Shown here: one piece after another, positions 47,202 through 56,683 of the stretch
How positions within the stretch are numbered: the stretch's first letter is position 1
How the letters are laid out: each line of letters starts with the position of its first letter
From: Clostridia bacterium
Lineage (GTDB): Bacteria > Bacillota > Clostridia > Oscillospirales > CAG-382
NCBI GenBank assembly: GCA_017516825.1
Contig: JAFXBC010000068.1
Span: forward strand, 10,950-74,949
Direction: 5' to 3'
DNA length: 64,000 nucleotides
Notes under the pieces: generated by a model
The model's input: only the letters and a program-made list of their open reading frames with translations
Database searches by the model: none
What the model was told of the DNA's origin: nothing
Made by a program: the position numbers and the translations under genes

Positions 47202-48509
47202 TTACTCGGCGAAAGTCAAGGTGACCTTTTGGCCGTCCAGGGTGACGGTGATCCGCTGGGGGTTGTCGCCAACCACGGCGCAGGTGATTTCGGCATCGGG
47301 AAGAACGTCGTCTCCCATACCGCACACCAGACCGATGGAATAGTCGTCAACACCGAAGTAGCAGGAGGAATCGATCTGCAGGACGGATTCTTGGATCTTG
47401 ATCTCCTCCAGAACGGCGTCGTTGGAGATCGTGCCTGCCAAAAGGCCGTAGTTGGTGCCCGCCACGCGGGTGCCGGATTGGACGGTGAAGGTGACGTTTT
47501 GGAACATCAGATCCTTGATGGAAGCCTTTTCCGTCAGCTGACCGAACAGCCCTGCGTTCGCCTTGGAGTTGTTGGTCTGTGCGAAAGAAACGTTTTTGAT
47601 GGTATGGCCGTTGCCTTTGATCTCACCGTTGAAATTGCCGTACATAAAGGTAGTGGGCCAGATCTCATCGGAGAAGTCCAGGTCGGCGCAGATCTCGTAG
47701 TGGCCGTTCAGATTGGCGTTATCTGCCAGCTGTTCGGCGGTATAAATGCGGTACCACTCCCCTTCCGTGTACTCCACATAAAGGGTCAGCACGGGATCCT
47801 TGGCGGTGCCGGTCTCGTAGTCAATCACGCCGGGGTGGACTACGTTTTCGGTATCCAGAACCTTGGTGAAGCTGTCGTCGTAATAGGCGGCGGTGAAGGT
47901 GTAGCCCTTACGGGAGGGGAATTTGTGCATTTCCAGAGTGCCGGTCTCCGTATCCCACGCGGGGGCGGAAACGGTCTCGGTGGTAGGATCGAAATCCAAG
48001 GATTCCAGCACTTCCCCGGTGGCCTTGTCGCAGAAGCGGATCTCAAAGCGGGGGATCCAGGCGGCGTACAAGGTGAGCACGGGGGTCGCGGAGGAATGGG
48101 GCGCGTTGGGATCGACAGTCAACAGATCGGTGTCGAAATCCCATTTGTCGCCGTAGGTATATTCCCCTTGGGCAACCTCGTTTCGAACGGCGTACCAGCC
48201 GGCCAGGAAATAGCCGGGTCTGGAGACGGCAAAAGAGTCGTTGCCGCGGAGGGGGTTATCGGGAGAAAGCAGGGCGATCTCCGCCTTGCCTTCTCCGTTC
48301 TTGTGAAGATCTGCGGGGTTGAAGGAATCCACGATCACGGAGGAATTGGTGGTAAAGGTACCGCCGTTGGCGTCAAACTTAACGCTGACGGTGTATCCGT
48401 CCAGGTCGTTCTGCTCGTAAGGAGTAGGTTCCGCGCTACATCCTGTGATGAGGATCAACGCACCCACGCAAAGCAGAGGGAAGAGAACGCGTTTGATGAA
48501 TTTTTTCAT
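47202..48509 (-). CDS. Lipoprotein with InlB B-repeat-like units and a GLUG/beta-helix-like domain
   Basis: Lipobox ITGC; V.FDANGG...RPGY.LAGWY; IYTAEQL...YEICADLD...FNG...GNGHTIKN...GLFG. Confidence 0.75.
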   Translation of the reverse strand: MKKFIKRVLFPLLCVGALILITGCSAEPTPYEQNDLDGYTVSVKFDANGGTFTTNSSVIVDSFNPADLHKNGEGKAEIALLSPDNPLRGNDSFAVSRPGYFLAGWYAVRNEVAQGEYTYGDKWDFDTDLLTVDPNAPHSSATPVLTLYAAWIPRFEIRFCDKATGEVLESLDFDPTTETVSAPAWDTETGTLEMHKFPSRKGYTFTAAYYDDSFTKVLDTENVVHPGVIDYETGTAKDPVLTLYVEYTEGEWYRIYTAEQLADNANLNGHYEICADLDFSDEIWPTTFMYGNFNGEIKGNGHTIKNVSFAQTNNSKANAGLFGQLTEKASIKDLMFQNVTFTVQSGTRVAGTNYGLLAGTISNDAVLEEIKIQESVLQIDSSCYFGVDDYSIGLVCGMGDDVLPDAEITCAVVGDNPQRITVTLDGQKVTLTFAE

Positions 48510-48537
48510 ATAGATCTTAACTTCTCCTTCCCGTTGA

Positions 48538-51500
48538 TTACTGTGCGGGAGCGGGTTTGATGGGGTCTTCCTTCTTCAGAACGCCCTGCAAGCAATAGAT
48601 CGTCAGCACGAAGACGGCGACCAGAGAGAAGAGGAGTGCCACTTCCCCGGGGTTACCCTTGGGTACGTTCACGCCGTTCTCGCCGGGATCCTCCACGGGA
48701 GGTGTGAGGGCGGCGATACGCTGTTCGGCAGAGACCAGAACGTTGTAATTGGTTACCAACGCCTGCTGTTCCAGGGTTGCGATCTTGTCGTAGGCGGCAC
48801 GGGCGGCTTCCACGATGGCCTTATCCTCGTAGGTTACCTTTTCGGGGATGGCATTGATGGCGTTGATGGCCGCGATGGTGACGTCGTCCGGAGCGGCGGG
48901 GCCCTGGATTCGATAGCCGAAATACTGGTCGCAGATGAAGGAATCGTAGCCGACGCCGTTGACGGGGCTGACCATGATCACCTTATTGTCCACATAGCCC
49001 ACGTAATCCACGAAGTTCGCGCCGTAGAAGACGTTGGAATACTGGCCGCCGGTGGCGTTCCACATGAAGTAAGGGATCAGACCCATACCAACGATGGTCA
49101 CCTCGGTGCCGTCGTAGTCGGTATAGTCACCGTATTCTCCTGCACCGGGAACGTGCTCCAGGGATTCGTAATAAGTGGGATCGAATTCCTCCTCCATGAT
49201 GGGAGCGGTATAGCTGCCGAAGACCACCAGAGCCAGCTCATCGCAGGCGTAGAAGGCTTTATGGCCGATGGCAGTGGTCATGTAAGGCATCTTGATGCGC
49301 TGTACGTTACTGCCTGCGAAGGCGTAGGCGGCGATACGCACGGTATCATCTGCAACGATCACGTCCTCGGGGGTATAGCCGGCGTAGGTCACCAGCTCCA
49401 TACCAAGGAGATTCTTGTAGTAGAGAGAGCCGTCGATGACGGAAACGGTATCGCTGATATCATAGGTGTAGGTGGGTACTTCGTATTCCTTACCGCCGAA
49501 GGTTTCGGTGGTGGTGGATACGAAGGGCGTGAGGGTACACATAGCGAAAGGGTTATCGCCCAGGGTGGTGAGGGCGTTGCCCAGAGTCACCTTGAAGGGA
49601 GTCACCTCCTCCTTGATGAAGGCGTAGGAGCCCAGGGATACCACGCCGGAGAGGTCTGCCTCGGTGAGAGCGATATAAGCAAAGGCATACTCACCGATCT
49701 CTGTCACGGCGGAAAGATTCTTCACCTCGTCCAGCGGGTCGCAGTAGGCGAAGGCACCCTCGCCAACGGTGGAGCCGTTGGGATTCAGGGTGAGAGATTC
49801 CATGAGACGGTTGGAAACGAAGGCGTACTTATCGACCTTGGAAACGGAGGACAGATCCACGGATTCCAGGCCGCATTCCATAAAGGCGTACTCGCCGATG
49901 GTCTCAACGGACTTCAGGTTAATCTTCTTAAGAGCGTCACAGCCTGCGAAAGCGTAGGCGGGGATCTCCTTGATACCGTTGCCCAACTTGATCTCCACCA
50001 TGTCGCGGCAATATGCAAAGGCGTATTCGCCGATGCTTTCAGCAGAGGAGAGATCCAGGGAGGTGACTTTAGGTCCGTAGTAGGAATAGATGTAGTATCC
50101 GTCCTTGCCCACGGCAGCAACGGTCATATTGGTATCCATGCAGGCGTAGTAAACGTCGCCGGACAGAGCATAGTCGCCGATGGACTTCGCCTTAGAAAGG
50201 TCAATGGACTTAAGAGAACACATATTGTAGAAGGCCATGTTACCGATCACCGCGTTTTTACCCAGGGTGATCTTCTCCAGGCTTGCGGCGTAGGAGAAGG
50301 CGTTGTTGCCGATGACTACGTCGTCGCCGATGGTGAGAGAAGTCAGAGCGGAGGAGAACTTATAACGGAAGTACTTATCCTCACCCACGTAGAAGCCTTC
50401 CACCTCAAAGGCGTTGTCCTTATTCAGGCTGAAGGCGTAGTCTCCAAGAATCACGTTATCGCCGATAACAACGGTAGCCAGATCCAGACATTCGCTGAAG
50501 ATCCCTTCCCCTACCGTCATTCCGTTGGGAATGGTAACGGACTGCAGAGAGGTATGAGAGAAGGCGTAGTCGCCCATGAAGGCGTCGCTTACAAAGTCGG
50601 GAAGGTTGGTAAGGTGGGTCTCGAAGAAGGCGTACGCACCGATGGAGGTGAGCTTACCCAGCTTTACCAAAACCAGGTTGGTAGAGGAAGCGAAACCGTA
50701 ATCCTCGATAACGGTGACCTTTTCCATCACGGCGGAGGTGATCTTCTTGTTATGAGACAAGGCACCCTTGCCGACGGTGGTCACGGAAGCGTTGACGTAT
50801 TCCCCGGAAACGTTGGGGGACAGGGCTACGAGGGTCTTTCCGTCGGTGGACAAAATGTGGTCGGCGGTCTGTGCGCGGTAAGCGCGGTTGCCGTTTTCCA
50901 CCACGAAGGAGCTGATCTTGGTCTCCCGGAAGGCGAAGGCACCGATGTCGTTCACCTCGGGACCGATGGTAACGGTCTCCATGGCTTTACACTGGTAGAA
51001 CATACCCTCGGGCAGGACGGCGGAGTTGATGCGGAATTCCTTCAAGGTCTCGCAACCGGTGAAGGCGTAGGCGCCGTATTTCACCTTATCTGCCTTGATA
51101 TCGGCGTTTGCAAGCTTCTTACAGCCGGCGAAGGCGTACTGGCCTACGGACTGGAGAGTATCCGCCAGGACGATGCCGGACAGGTTCCGGTTACCCGCAA
51201 AGGCGTAGTCGGAGATCACGCAGATGGCGTCCAGCGCAAGAGTTCCGCGAAGGTCGCAGTTCTCGAAGGCGTTCTGGTTGATGATCTTCAGGTTGTTTTC
51301 ACCGCTGAAGGTGATCTTCTTGAGAGAGGTGCAGTTGTAGAACGCGCCGTAGTCGATGGCCTCCAGGGAGGAGGGGAACACGATCTCCTCCAGGGCGGTC
51401 AGATTTGCGAAGGCGTAGGAATTGATCTTTTCCACACCCTCGGGGATGACCACCTTGGTGATGGTGTTGTCACCGATGAACCAGGCCTTGGAATTTTCGG

Positions 51501-54500
51501 CGTCGTCGAAGGCAAGCTCCTCCTCCGTCTTCATAATATATTCGAAGTTGGAGAAGGCGAACTGGCCGATCTCGGTAAGAGCAAGCTTTGCGGGAATATC
51601 CACCAAGCCGCCGTTGCCGTAATAGTGGGTCAGGCTGGAGCCTGTTTTAATGTAGGGATCCTTGACCTCCACGGAAACGGTTTCGGAGTAGTAGGTGCTC
51701 TTCCCTTCCTGCATAACCTTGATGGTCACGGAGGCAAAGCCCTCGGCTACCGCGGTCACCACGCCGCTTTGGTCGATCTTAACGATCTTTTCGTTGCTGG
51801 ATTCAAATTCCACGGTGGTGTCACCGGGATAATAAGCATCCAGAGAATACTGCAACAGAACGGACTCGGAGGGATACATAGCCAGATTGAAGTTGCCCTC
51901 AAAGAAGCGGACGTTGCCGGTATCGCCGATGTCCTTATCCTCGTTCACCACAACGTAATAGGCCTTCAAAGTCTGATAGCCGTCCAGAGTGAATACGTCC
52001 ACAACGGGCTTGTCGTATCTCCGGTAGCCCTCGTCGCCTTCCTTCAGAACGGTGACCTTAAAGGTGACGCTTTCGTTGGTGTTGGGGTCCTGGGCCTTGA
52101 TGATGGCGTTACCGGAGGATACGGCCACCAGCTTATTGTTCACCACGCGGACCACGCTGGGCTTGGAGGAGGAGTAGTGAAGCAGCTCCCCCCACTGGGT
52201 ATAGGGATACACGATGGGCTCCAGGGTGTACACTTCGTTGGGGCTGAGGGTGAGACCATCCTCCAGGCTTTCGAAATAGAACTCGGTAAAGTCGTCGGGG
52301 AGGGGGATCTCGAAGGTTGCGGTGTTCAGCGCATAGTCGTACACGCTGACCACGAAGCAGTTCTTATTGGTTGCGTTATGCTTGATATCAAAGAGGTAAT
52401 CCGTCAGCTCAAAGGTCACGCGGGTGGTGCTGTTCTTCTTGGAGTATACGGGAGTCATATACTGCTCGAAGGCCTTCATCTCGGGAGTGGGATTGCCGTT
52501 TTCGTCCTGGCCGGTGGTGACGTAGCCCAGCTGTGCGCTCATGGCGTAGTGGTTGTCGTAGATCAGCACGTCGGCGTAGAGACGGTTCTTCTTCAAGGTC
52601 TTGTCGTACTCGTAGTAATACTCTACGTCGGTAACGGTGGGAGCCTGGAAGTCGATGGTCAGGGGGAATTCGAAAACGTTGTTCTTGTTGGTATCCAGAG
52701 CGCCGTCGGCGTAATCCAGATAACCGGTGAGAGTGACGATGAACTGAGAGTTATTTGCAAAGTTATAATTTGCGGTGTCGAACTCGATCTCGATGTTAGA
52801 GGGGTATATGGAAGGTCCGCCGTCGCTGTAAGACTTACGCACCATGTCGTCAACGCAAGTAAATACCACTTCTCCGGTGGTGGCGTTGGAGATGGCCACT
52901 TCGATACGCTCGGCATTACGGAGCAAACCTGCCCAGACGAAGCGCAAGGAGTGAATGGTGCCATCCTTATTGGAAAGAGCGATGTACTGCTCGTTGGCGG
53001 CGATGACCATGTCCTTGGGATCCTGCAGGAAGTAGTAGGAGCCCAGGTAGCTGACGTAGTCCTCACTGACGCCACCGATGGGACGGGTGGCGTAGGCGTC
53101 TGCCATGGTCTTGTCTTCGAAGTCGATACCGTCGTCCAGCTCGTCGGCGTTGGTATCGTAATAGGTCAGGTCGAAGAGAGGTGCAACGGTCCAGTCGCCG
53201 TAGAAGGCCAGGTAAGGAACGTTCAGGTCATATTCGGTGCCCTCAGTGGCAGTGAGGGTGATATAGCCCTCCACGTACATACCGTTGGCGAAGGATTCGT
53301 TCAGATACTTCTTGTCTGCATCAGACAGGGTGACGGTGACGGTGACATCCAGGCTATCGCCGCCGTAAACGGTGACGGTGTTGCCCTGAAGGTGGCCGCC
53401 GCTGCTATCCTTGGAGGTAACGGTAACGGTGGCACCGTCCAGAATGTAAGACTCCTCGGTAACGGTGGTCTTACCTGCGCCGGTCTTGGTGTCACTGACT
53501 CCCTCGGTCATTACGTAGGCGCCGAGGTCGTAGGAAACGGTTGCATCACCGAAGTTGTTGATGGTGAAGGTCATCTCGTAGACACCGGTCTTGGAGGGGT
53601 CGTCTCCAAGCTCCAGCTTGGCCTTGTCCATCAGATTGCCGTTCTTATCCAGGGTGGTGATATAGGCGGGGGTGTTCAAGGCGTTGGAAAGGCTACCCAA
53701 GCCCGCCCCCTGCTTGCGAACGGAGTAAGGAAGGCCGTTTTTGCCAAGGGCGATGTCCGCGGTGGACATCAAAAGCCCGTTGACCATGGCGTTGACCTTA
53801 TTGTTATCGTTTGCGATCTCGGGGAAATTCTCCACCACGTACTGACGGAGCAGGACGACCACACCCGCCAGGTTGGGGCAGGCCATGGAGGTACCGGACA
53901 AACGGTCGTACCCGCCGCCGGTTACGGAAGACAGGATGCTGCCGCCGTGTGCGGTGATCTCGGGCTTGATGCGAAGATCGGGAGTGGGACCCCAGGAGGA
54001 GAAGTCGGAGATAAAGGGACCGGAGGTCTGGGAACGACTGATCAACAGCTTGCCGCTACCCACGGCCGCCAGCATTTCGCCGTCGTCCTGGGAAATGGAG
54101 CAAACCGCAAGGGTGGTCTCGCCCACGTTCATTTTGATGTCGCCGGATACATTATTATATATAATGATGCCTGCCGCGCCCTGTTCCTGGGCGATGATGG
54201 CTTTTTCCTCGAAGGTGTTGGAGCCGCGGCGTACCAGGGCGATCTTGCCCTTCACGTCCATGCCGGTGTAGTCGGCGGTTCTGCCCACGCCGGGGATGAG
54301 GACGAATTCCAGCTCGGCGGAATCCTTGTCCCCCAAGAGGGTATCAAAGAAGTTGTTCTCCTTACTGGAGGAGTTGACGGATTCGGAGAAGTAGACGATG
54401 GTCTCGCCGTACTTGATGTAAGGAGTCTCCACACCGCTGATGGAGGCAACGGAGAGCACGCCCTCGTAGGTGGAGGGAGAGCCTACCGTACCGGTATCGG

Positions 54501-55725
54501 GGTTGGAGGTGAGGCCCAGGTTACCGTTTGCCTCGGAGCCCTGGGAGGAGCTGTAGCTGTTGGAGGCGGCGACCACCATGCTGATGCCCGCCTTGCGGAT
54601 CTTTTCGTAGATGCCGTTGACTGCCTCCTCGTCGGTCTCGCGGGAGAAGCCGCAGGCGGTACCGATGGACATATTAATCACGTCTACGCCCAAAACCACG
54701 CAATCCTCAAGAGCTGCCATGACCCAAGCGGTTCTGGTGGTATCCATCACGTCGGAGAAGATCTTCATGGAAACCAGCTGTGCGTTGGGAGCAACGCCGC
54801 GGATGGTATCGTCGTTACCCACGATCACGCCGGAAACGTGAGTACCGTGGTTGTTGTGGGTGGAATATACGTCGGAATCGTTGTCGGCGTAGTCGAAGCC
54901 GAAGGGAACCTTTTCGTTGATATATACGTCGTCTACGGTGATACCCTTCAGAAGGTCGTAAGCGATGGTCTTCTCCACCAGAGAAGCCACGTCGTCGTAA
55001 GTCAAGCCCAGATGAGTAGAGGTAAAGTTATCGGGAGAGAAGGCGGTGTGCTTGGAGTCCAGACCTGTGTCCAGAACGGCAACCACCATACCGCTGCCGT
55101 CGTAGCCCGCATCGGAGCTGTCAAAAATACCCGTCTCGAAAACGTCTACTTCGTTTTCCACCAGCTGGGTCTCCGCGGCGTTATACACCTCGCCGACGAT
55201 GACACCTCTGCCTTCCCCCAAGGCACTGCAGGTGGTAGCAAAATCCCCGGCCTTGATCAAAAGCTCAAAGCCGCTGACCACGGTGGAGTATTCCTCGCCC
55301 AAACGGTAGGAAACGCCCTTCTTATCCAGATTGGAAAGAACGTCGGACTTTTCCGCGGCGATGGATGCTCTGATCCCCCTGGCATCCTCGCTTCCCGTGA
55401 TGTATTCGGCAAAGCTCATGGTTTTACCGGAACGCTCGTAAGCGTCCATCATGCTGATGGTATCCACCGTGACGATCACGGAGATCTCCTCGCTGTCCTT
55501 GATCCCGGAGGGCAAGGGGAACATGACGGAATTGTTCAGATACTTCTGATAATCCAACGTCAGTCCTTCCAGCTCTCTGATAGAATAGGGATTCTCCGTC
55601 TTAGCGGAGGTAAGGATCCGGGTCAGGCTCAAAACAGGGGCGACCAAAGTACCCGCCAACAATACGGGAACCATCAAAGCCGCCAGGCTGTTTTTCCAGT
55701 TTTTCACAAAGTTTCTTCTTTTCAT
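48538..55725 (-). CDS. Cell-envelope S8 (subtilisin/lactocepin-like) serine protease with PA, Fn3-like and Big_2 domains, a BspA-type LRR array and a C-terminal TM
   Basis: Triad motifs VAVLDTG, HGTHVSG and SGTSMACP; FSSWGP...KPEITA; PA domain DVKGKIALVRRG; two Big_2-like SS...V.V...V.A..G.A.I; many IG.YAF..C repeats; TM near the end. ATG 55725 with GAGG RBS (~2395 aa). Confidence 0.93.
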   Translation of the reverse strand: MKRRNFVKNWKNSLAALMVPVLLAGTLVAPVLSLTRILTSAKTENPYSIRELEGLTLDYQKYLNNSVMFPLPSGIKDSEEISVIVTVDTISMMDAYERSGKTMSFAEYITGSEDARGIRASIAAEKSDVLSNLDKKGVSYRLGEEYSTVVSGFELLIKAGDFATTCSALGEGRGVIVGEVYNAAETQLVENEVDVFETGIFDSSDAGYDGSGMVVAVLDTGLDSKHTAFSPDNFTSTHLGLTYDDVASLVEKTIAYDLLKGITVDDVYINEKVPFGFDYADNDSDVYSTHNNHGTHVSGVIVGNDDTIRGVAPNAQLVSMKIFSDVMDTTRTAWVMAALEDCVVLGVDVINMSIGTACGFSRETDEEAVNGIYEKIRKAGISMVVAASNSYSSSQGSEANGNLGLTSNPDTGTVGSPSTYEGVLSVASISGVETPYIKYGETIVYFSESVNSSSKENNFFDTLLGDKDSAELEFVLIPGVGRTADYTGMDVKGKIALVRRGSNTFEEKAIIAQEQGAAGIIIYNNVSGDIKMNVGETTLAVCSISQDDGEMLAAVGSGKLLISRSQTSGPFISDFSSWGPTPDLRIKPEITAHGGSILSSVTGGGYDRLSGTSMACPNLAGVVVLLRQYVVENFPEIANDNNKVNAMVNGLLMSTADIALGKNGLPYSVRKQGAGLGSLSNALNTPAYITTLDKNGNLMDKAKLELGDDPSKTGVYEMTFTINNFGDATVSYDLGAYVMTEGVSDTKTGAGKTTVTEESYILDGATVTVTSKDSSGGHLQGNTVTVYGGDSLDVTVTVTLSDADKKYLNESFANGMYVEGYITLTATEGTEYDLNVPYLAFYGDWTVAPLFDLTYYDTNADELDDGIDFEDKTMADAYATRPIGGVSEDYVSYLGSYYFLQDPKDMVIAANEQYIALSNKDGTIHSLRFVWAGLLRNAERIEVAISNATTGEVVFTCVDDMVRKSYSDGGPSIYPSNIEIEFDTANYNFANNSQFIVTLTGYLDYADGALDTNKNNVFEFPLTIDFQAPTVTDVEYYYEYDKTLKKNRLYADVLIYDNHYAMSAQLGYVTTGQDENGNPTPEMKAFEQYMTPVYSKKNSTTRVTFELTDYLFDIKHNATNKNCFVVSVYDYALNTATFEIPLPDDFTEFYFESLEDGLTLSPNEVYTLEPIVYPYTQWGELLHYSSSKPSVVRVVNNKLVAVSSGNAIIKAQDPNTNESVTFKVTVLKEGDEGYRRYDKPVVDVFTLDGYQTLKAYYVVVNEDKDIGDTGNVRFFEGNFNLAMYPSESVLLQYSLDAYYPGDTTVEFESSNEKIVKIDQSGVVTAVAEGFASVTIKVMQEGKSTYYSETVSVEVKDPYIKTGSSLTHYYGNGGLVDIPAKLALTEIGQFAFSNFEYIMKTEEELAFDDAENSKAWFIGDNTITKVVIPEGVEKINSYAFANLTALEEIVFPSSLEAIDYGAFYNCTSLKKITFSGENNLKIINQNAFENCDLRGTLALDAICVISDYAFAGNRNLSGIVLADTLQSVGQYAFAGCKKLANADIKADKVKYGAYAFTGCETLKEFRINSAVLPEGMFYQCKAMETVTIGPEVNDIGAFAFRETKISSFVVENGNRAYRAQTADHILSTDGKTLVALSPNVSGEYVNASVTTVGKGALSHNKKITSAVMEKVTVIEDYGFASSTNLVLVKLGKLTSIGAYAFFETHLTNLPDFVSDAFMGDYAFSHTSLQSVTIPNGMTVGEGIFSECLDLATVVIGDNVILGDYAFSLNKDNAFEVEGFYVGEDKYFRYKFSSALTSLTIGDDVVIGNNAFSYAASLEKITLGKNAVIGNMAFYNMCSLKSIDLSKAKSIGDYALSGDVYYACMDTNMTVAAVGKDGYYIYSYYGPKVTSLDLSSAESIGEYAFAYCRDMVEIKLGNGIKEIPAYAFAGCDALKKINLKSVETIGEYAFMECGLESVDLSSVSKVDKYAFVSNRLMESLTLNPNGSTVGEGAFAYCDPLDEVKNLSAVTEIGEYAFAYIALTEADLSGVVSLGSYAFIKEEVTPFKVTLGNALTTLGDNPFAMCTLTPFVSTTTETFGGKEYEVPTYTYDISDTVSVIDGSLYYKNLLGMELVTYAGYTPEDVIVADDTVRIAAYAFAGSNVQRIKMPYMTTAIGHKAFYACDELALVVFGSYTAPIMEEEFDPTYYESLEHVPGAGEYGDYTDYDGTEVTIVGMGLIPYFMWNATGGQYSNVFYGANFVDYVGYVDNKVIMVSPVNGVGYDSFICDQYFGYRIQGPAAPDDVTIAAINAINAIPEKVTYEDKAIVEAARAAYDKIATLEQQALVTNYNVLVSAEQRIAALTPPVEDPGENGVNVPKGNPGEVALLFSLVAVFVLTIYCLQGVLKKEDPIKPAPAQ

Positions 55726-55771
55726 CGGGACCTCTTTTCTGATTTGGGCATAATACGACACATACATATTC

Positions 55772-55805
55772 ATTATATAATACAATAATTTTTATAAAAA
55801 TGCAA
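55772..55805 (-). promoter_or_regulatory. Putative sigmaA promoter of the protease operon with an overlapping palindrome
   Basis: Minus strand TTGCAT (55805-55800), 17 bp, TATTAT (55782-55777); palindrome ATTTTTATAAAAAT at 55788-55801. Confidence 0.55.
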
Positions 55806-55862
55806 TAGCTTTATCACATTTTTTTAATTTTAATTTTTTGTTCATCTTTTTTCGTCAAAACA

Positions 55863-55891
55863 TTTACTTTCGGGAGAACTTGTGGTATACT
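55863..55891 (+). promoter_or_regulatory. Putative sigmaA promoter (extended -10) of the divergent CXXC/Fe-S/MFS operon
   Basis: TTTACT (55863-55868), 17 bp ending in TGG, then TATACT (55886-55891). Confidence 0.6.
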
Positions 55892-55923
55892 CTTTTGCAT
55901 GAATGAACGTTGGGAGCTTCTAT

Positions 55924-56670
55924 ATGAGCAACAAAGCCATACAAATCATCCACCGCGCTTACGGTATCGTCCTTTCCCTCTCTCTGCTTCTTGCCGGCAT
56001 CTGTCTCATGGCGGGGTGTCTTTCCATTTACAACGGAGGAGAACCTTTGTATTCGAGAGAACAGGTGGCAGAGACTTTTTCGGCTATCGCCGTTCCCGTT
56101 TGTATCTTCCCCGTTTTGGCATTGCTTGGGGTATTTTTGCCCGGGAATCTGGTGGTGAAGGGCGGCAAACGAAATATTCCCGCAGGCATGATCTTGGGCA
56201 AGGAGCTTTCCTATTGTGACGAATCCACCCTCTCCGCCGTGAAGGCAGAGCAAAGGGGACGGAGGATCAGAAACGTTTATCTCCTCGTGCTTTCCGTTCT
56301 TTGCGGGCTCGCTTTCGTCGCTTACGCCCTTACCACGGCTCACAGAGACGGTGTTTCCATTAACGAGTACGTCATCGGCTGTATGCGGATGATGGTTCCC
56401 TGCTTGCTGGTTCCCTTTGGGTTCGGGATCTACGCTTCTCTTTGGAGCGTAAAGAGCCTGGCCCGCCAATGGGAGCTTGTGAAAAAATGTCCGAATCTGA
56501 ATCCCGAAGAAGCCGCTTATCGGAAAAAGGAGTGTCGCAGAAAGGCGATTCTGGTGTCCCTTGCGGCAGTATCTGTGTCGTTGATCGTCATCGGTAGAGC
56601 CACAGGCGGTGCGGCGGACGTGTTGACCAAGGCCATCAATATTTGCACCGAGTGCATCGGTCTGGGTTAA
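55924..56670 (+). CDS. Multi-TM membrane protein ending in a CD1871A-like CxECIGxG motif
   Basis: About 5 hydrophobic segments; C-terminus VLTKAINICTECIGLG. ATG 55924 with GGGAG RBS. Confidence 0.8.
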   Translation: MSNKAIQIIHRAYGIVLSLSLLLAGICLMAGCLSIYNGGEPLYSREQVAETFSAIAVPVCIFPVLALLGVFLPGNLVVKGGKRNIPAGMILGKELSYCDESTLSAVKAEQRGRRIRNVYLLVLSVLCGLAFVAYALTTAHRDGVSINEYVIGCMRMMVPCLLVPFGFGIYASLWSVKSLARQWELVKKCPNLNPEEAAYRKKECRRKAILVSLAAVSVSLIVIGRATGGAADVLTKAINICTECIGLG

Positions 56671-56683
56671 AAAGGAGGCGGCA

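Noticed and set aside
49153-55788. 2211-aa plus-strand ORF, and similar long antisense ORFs (3154-6258, 11470-14832, 16481-18844, 37304-39475, 41395-44586, 44739-47144)
   Set aside because: They lie codon-aligned opposite well-supported genes, have no recognisable motifs or RBS, and show V/G/H/D-skewed composition. This is the expected shadow of sense-strand codon bias (few TTA, CTA, TCA codons).
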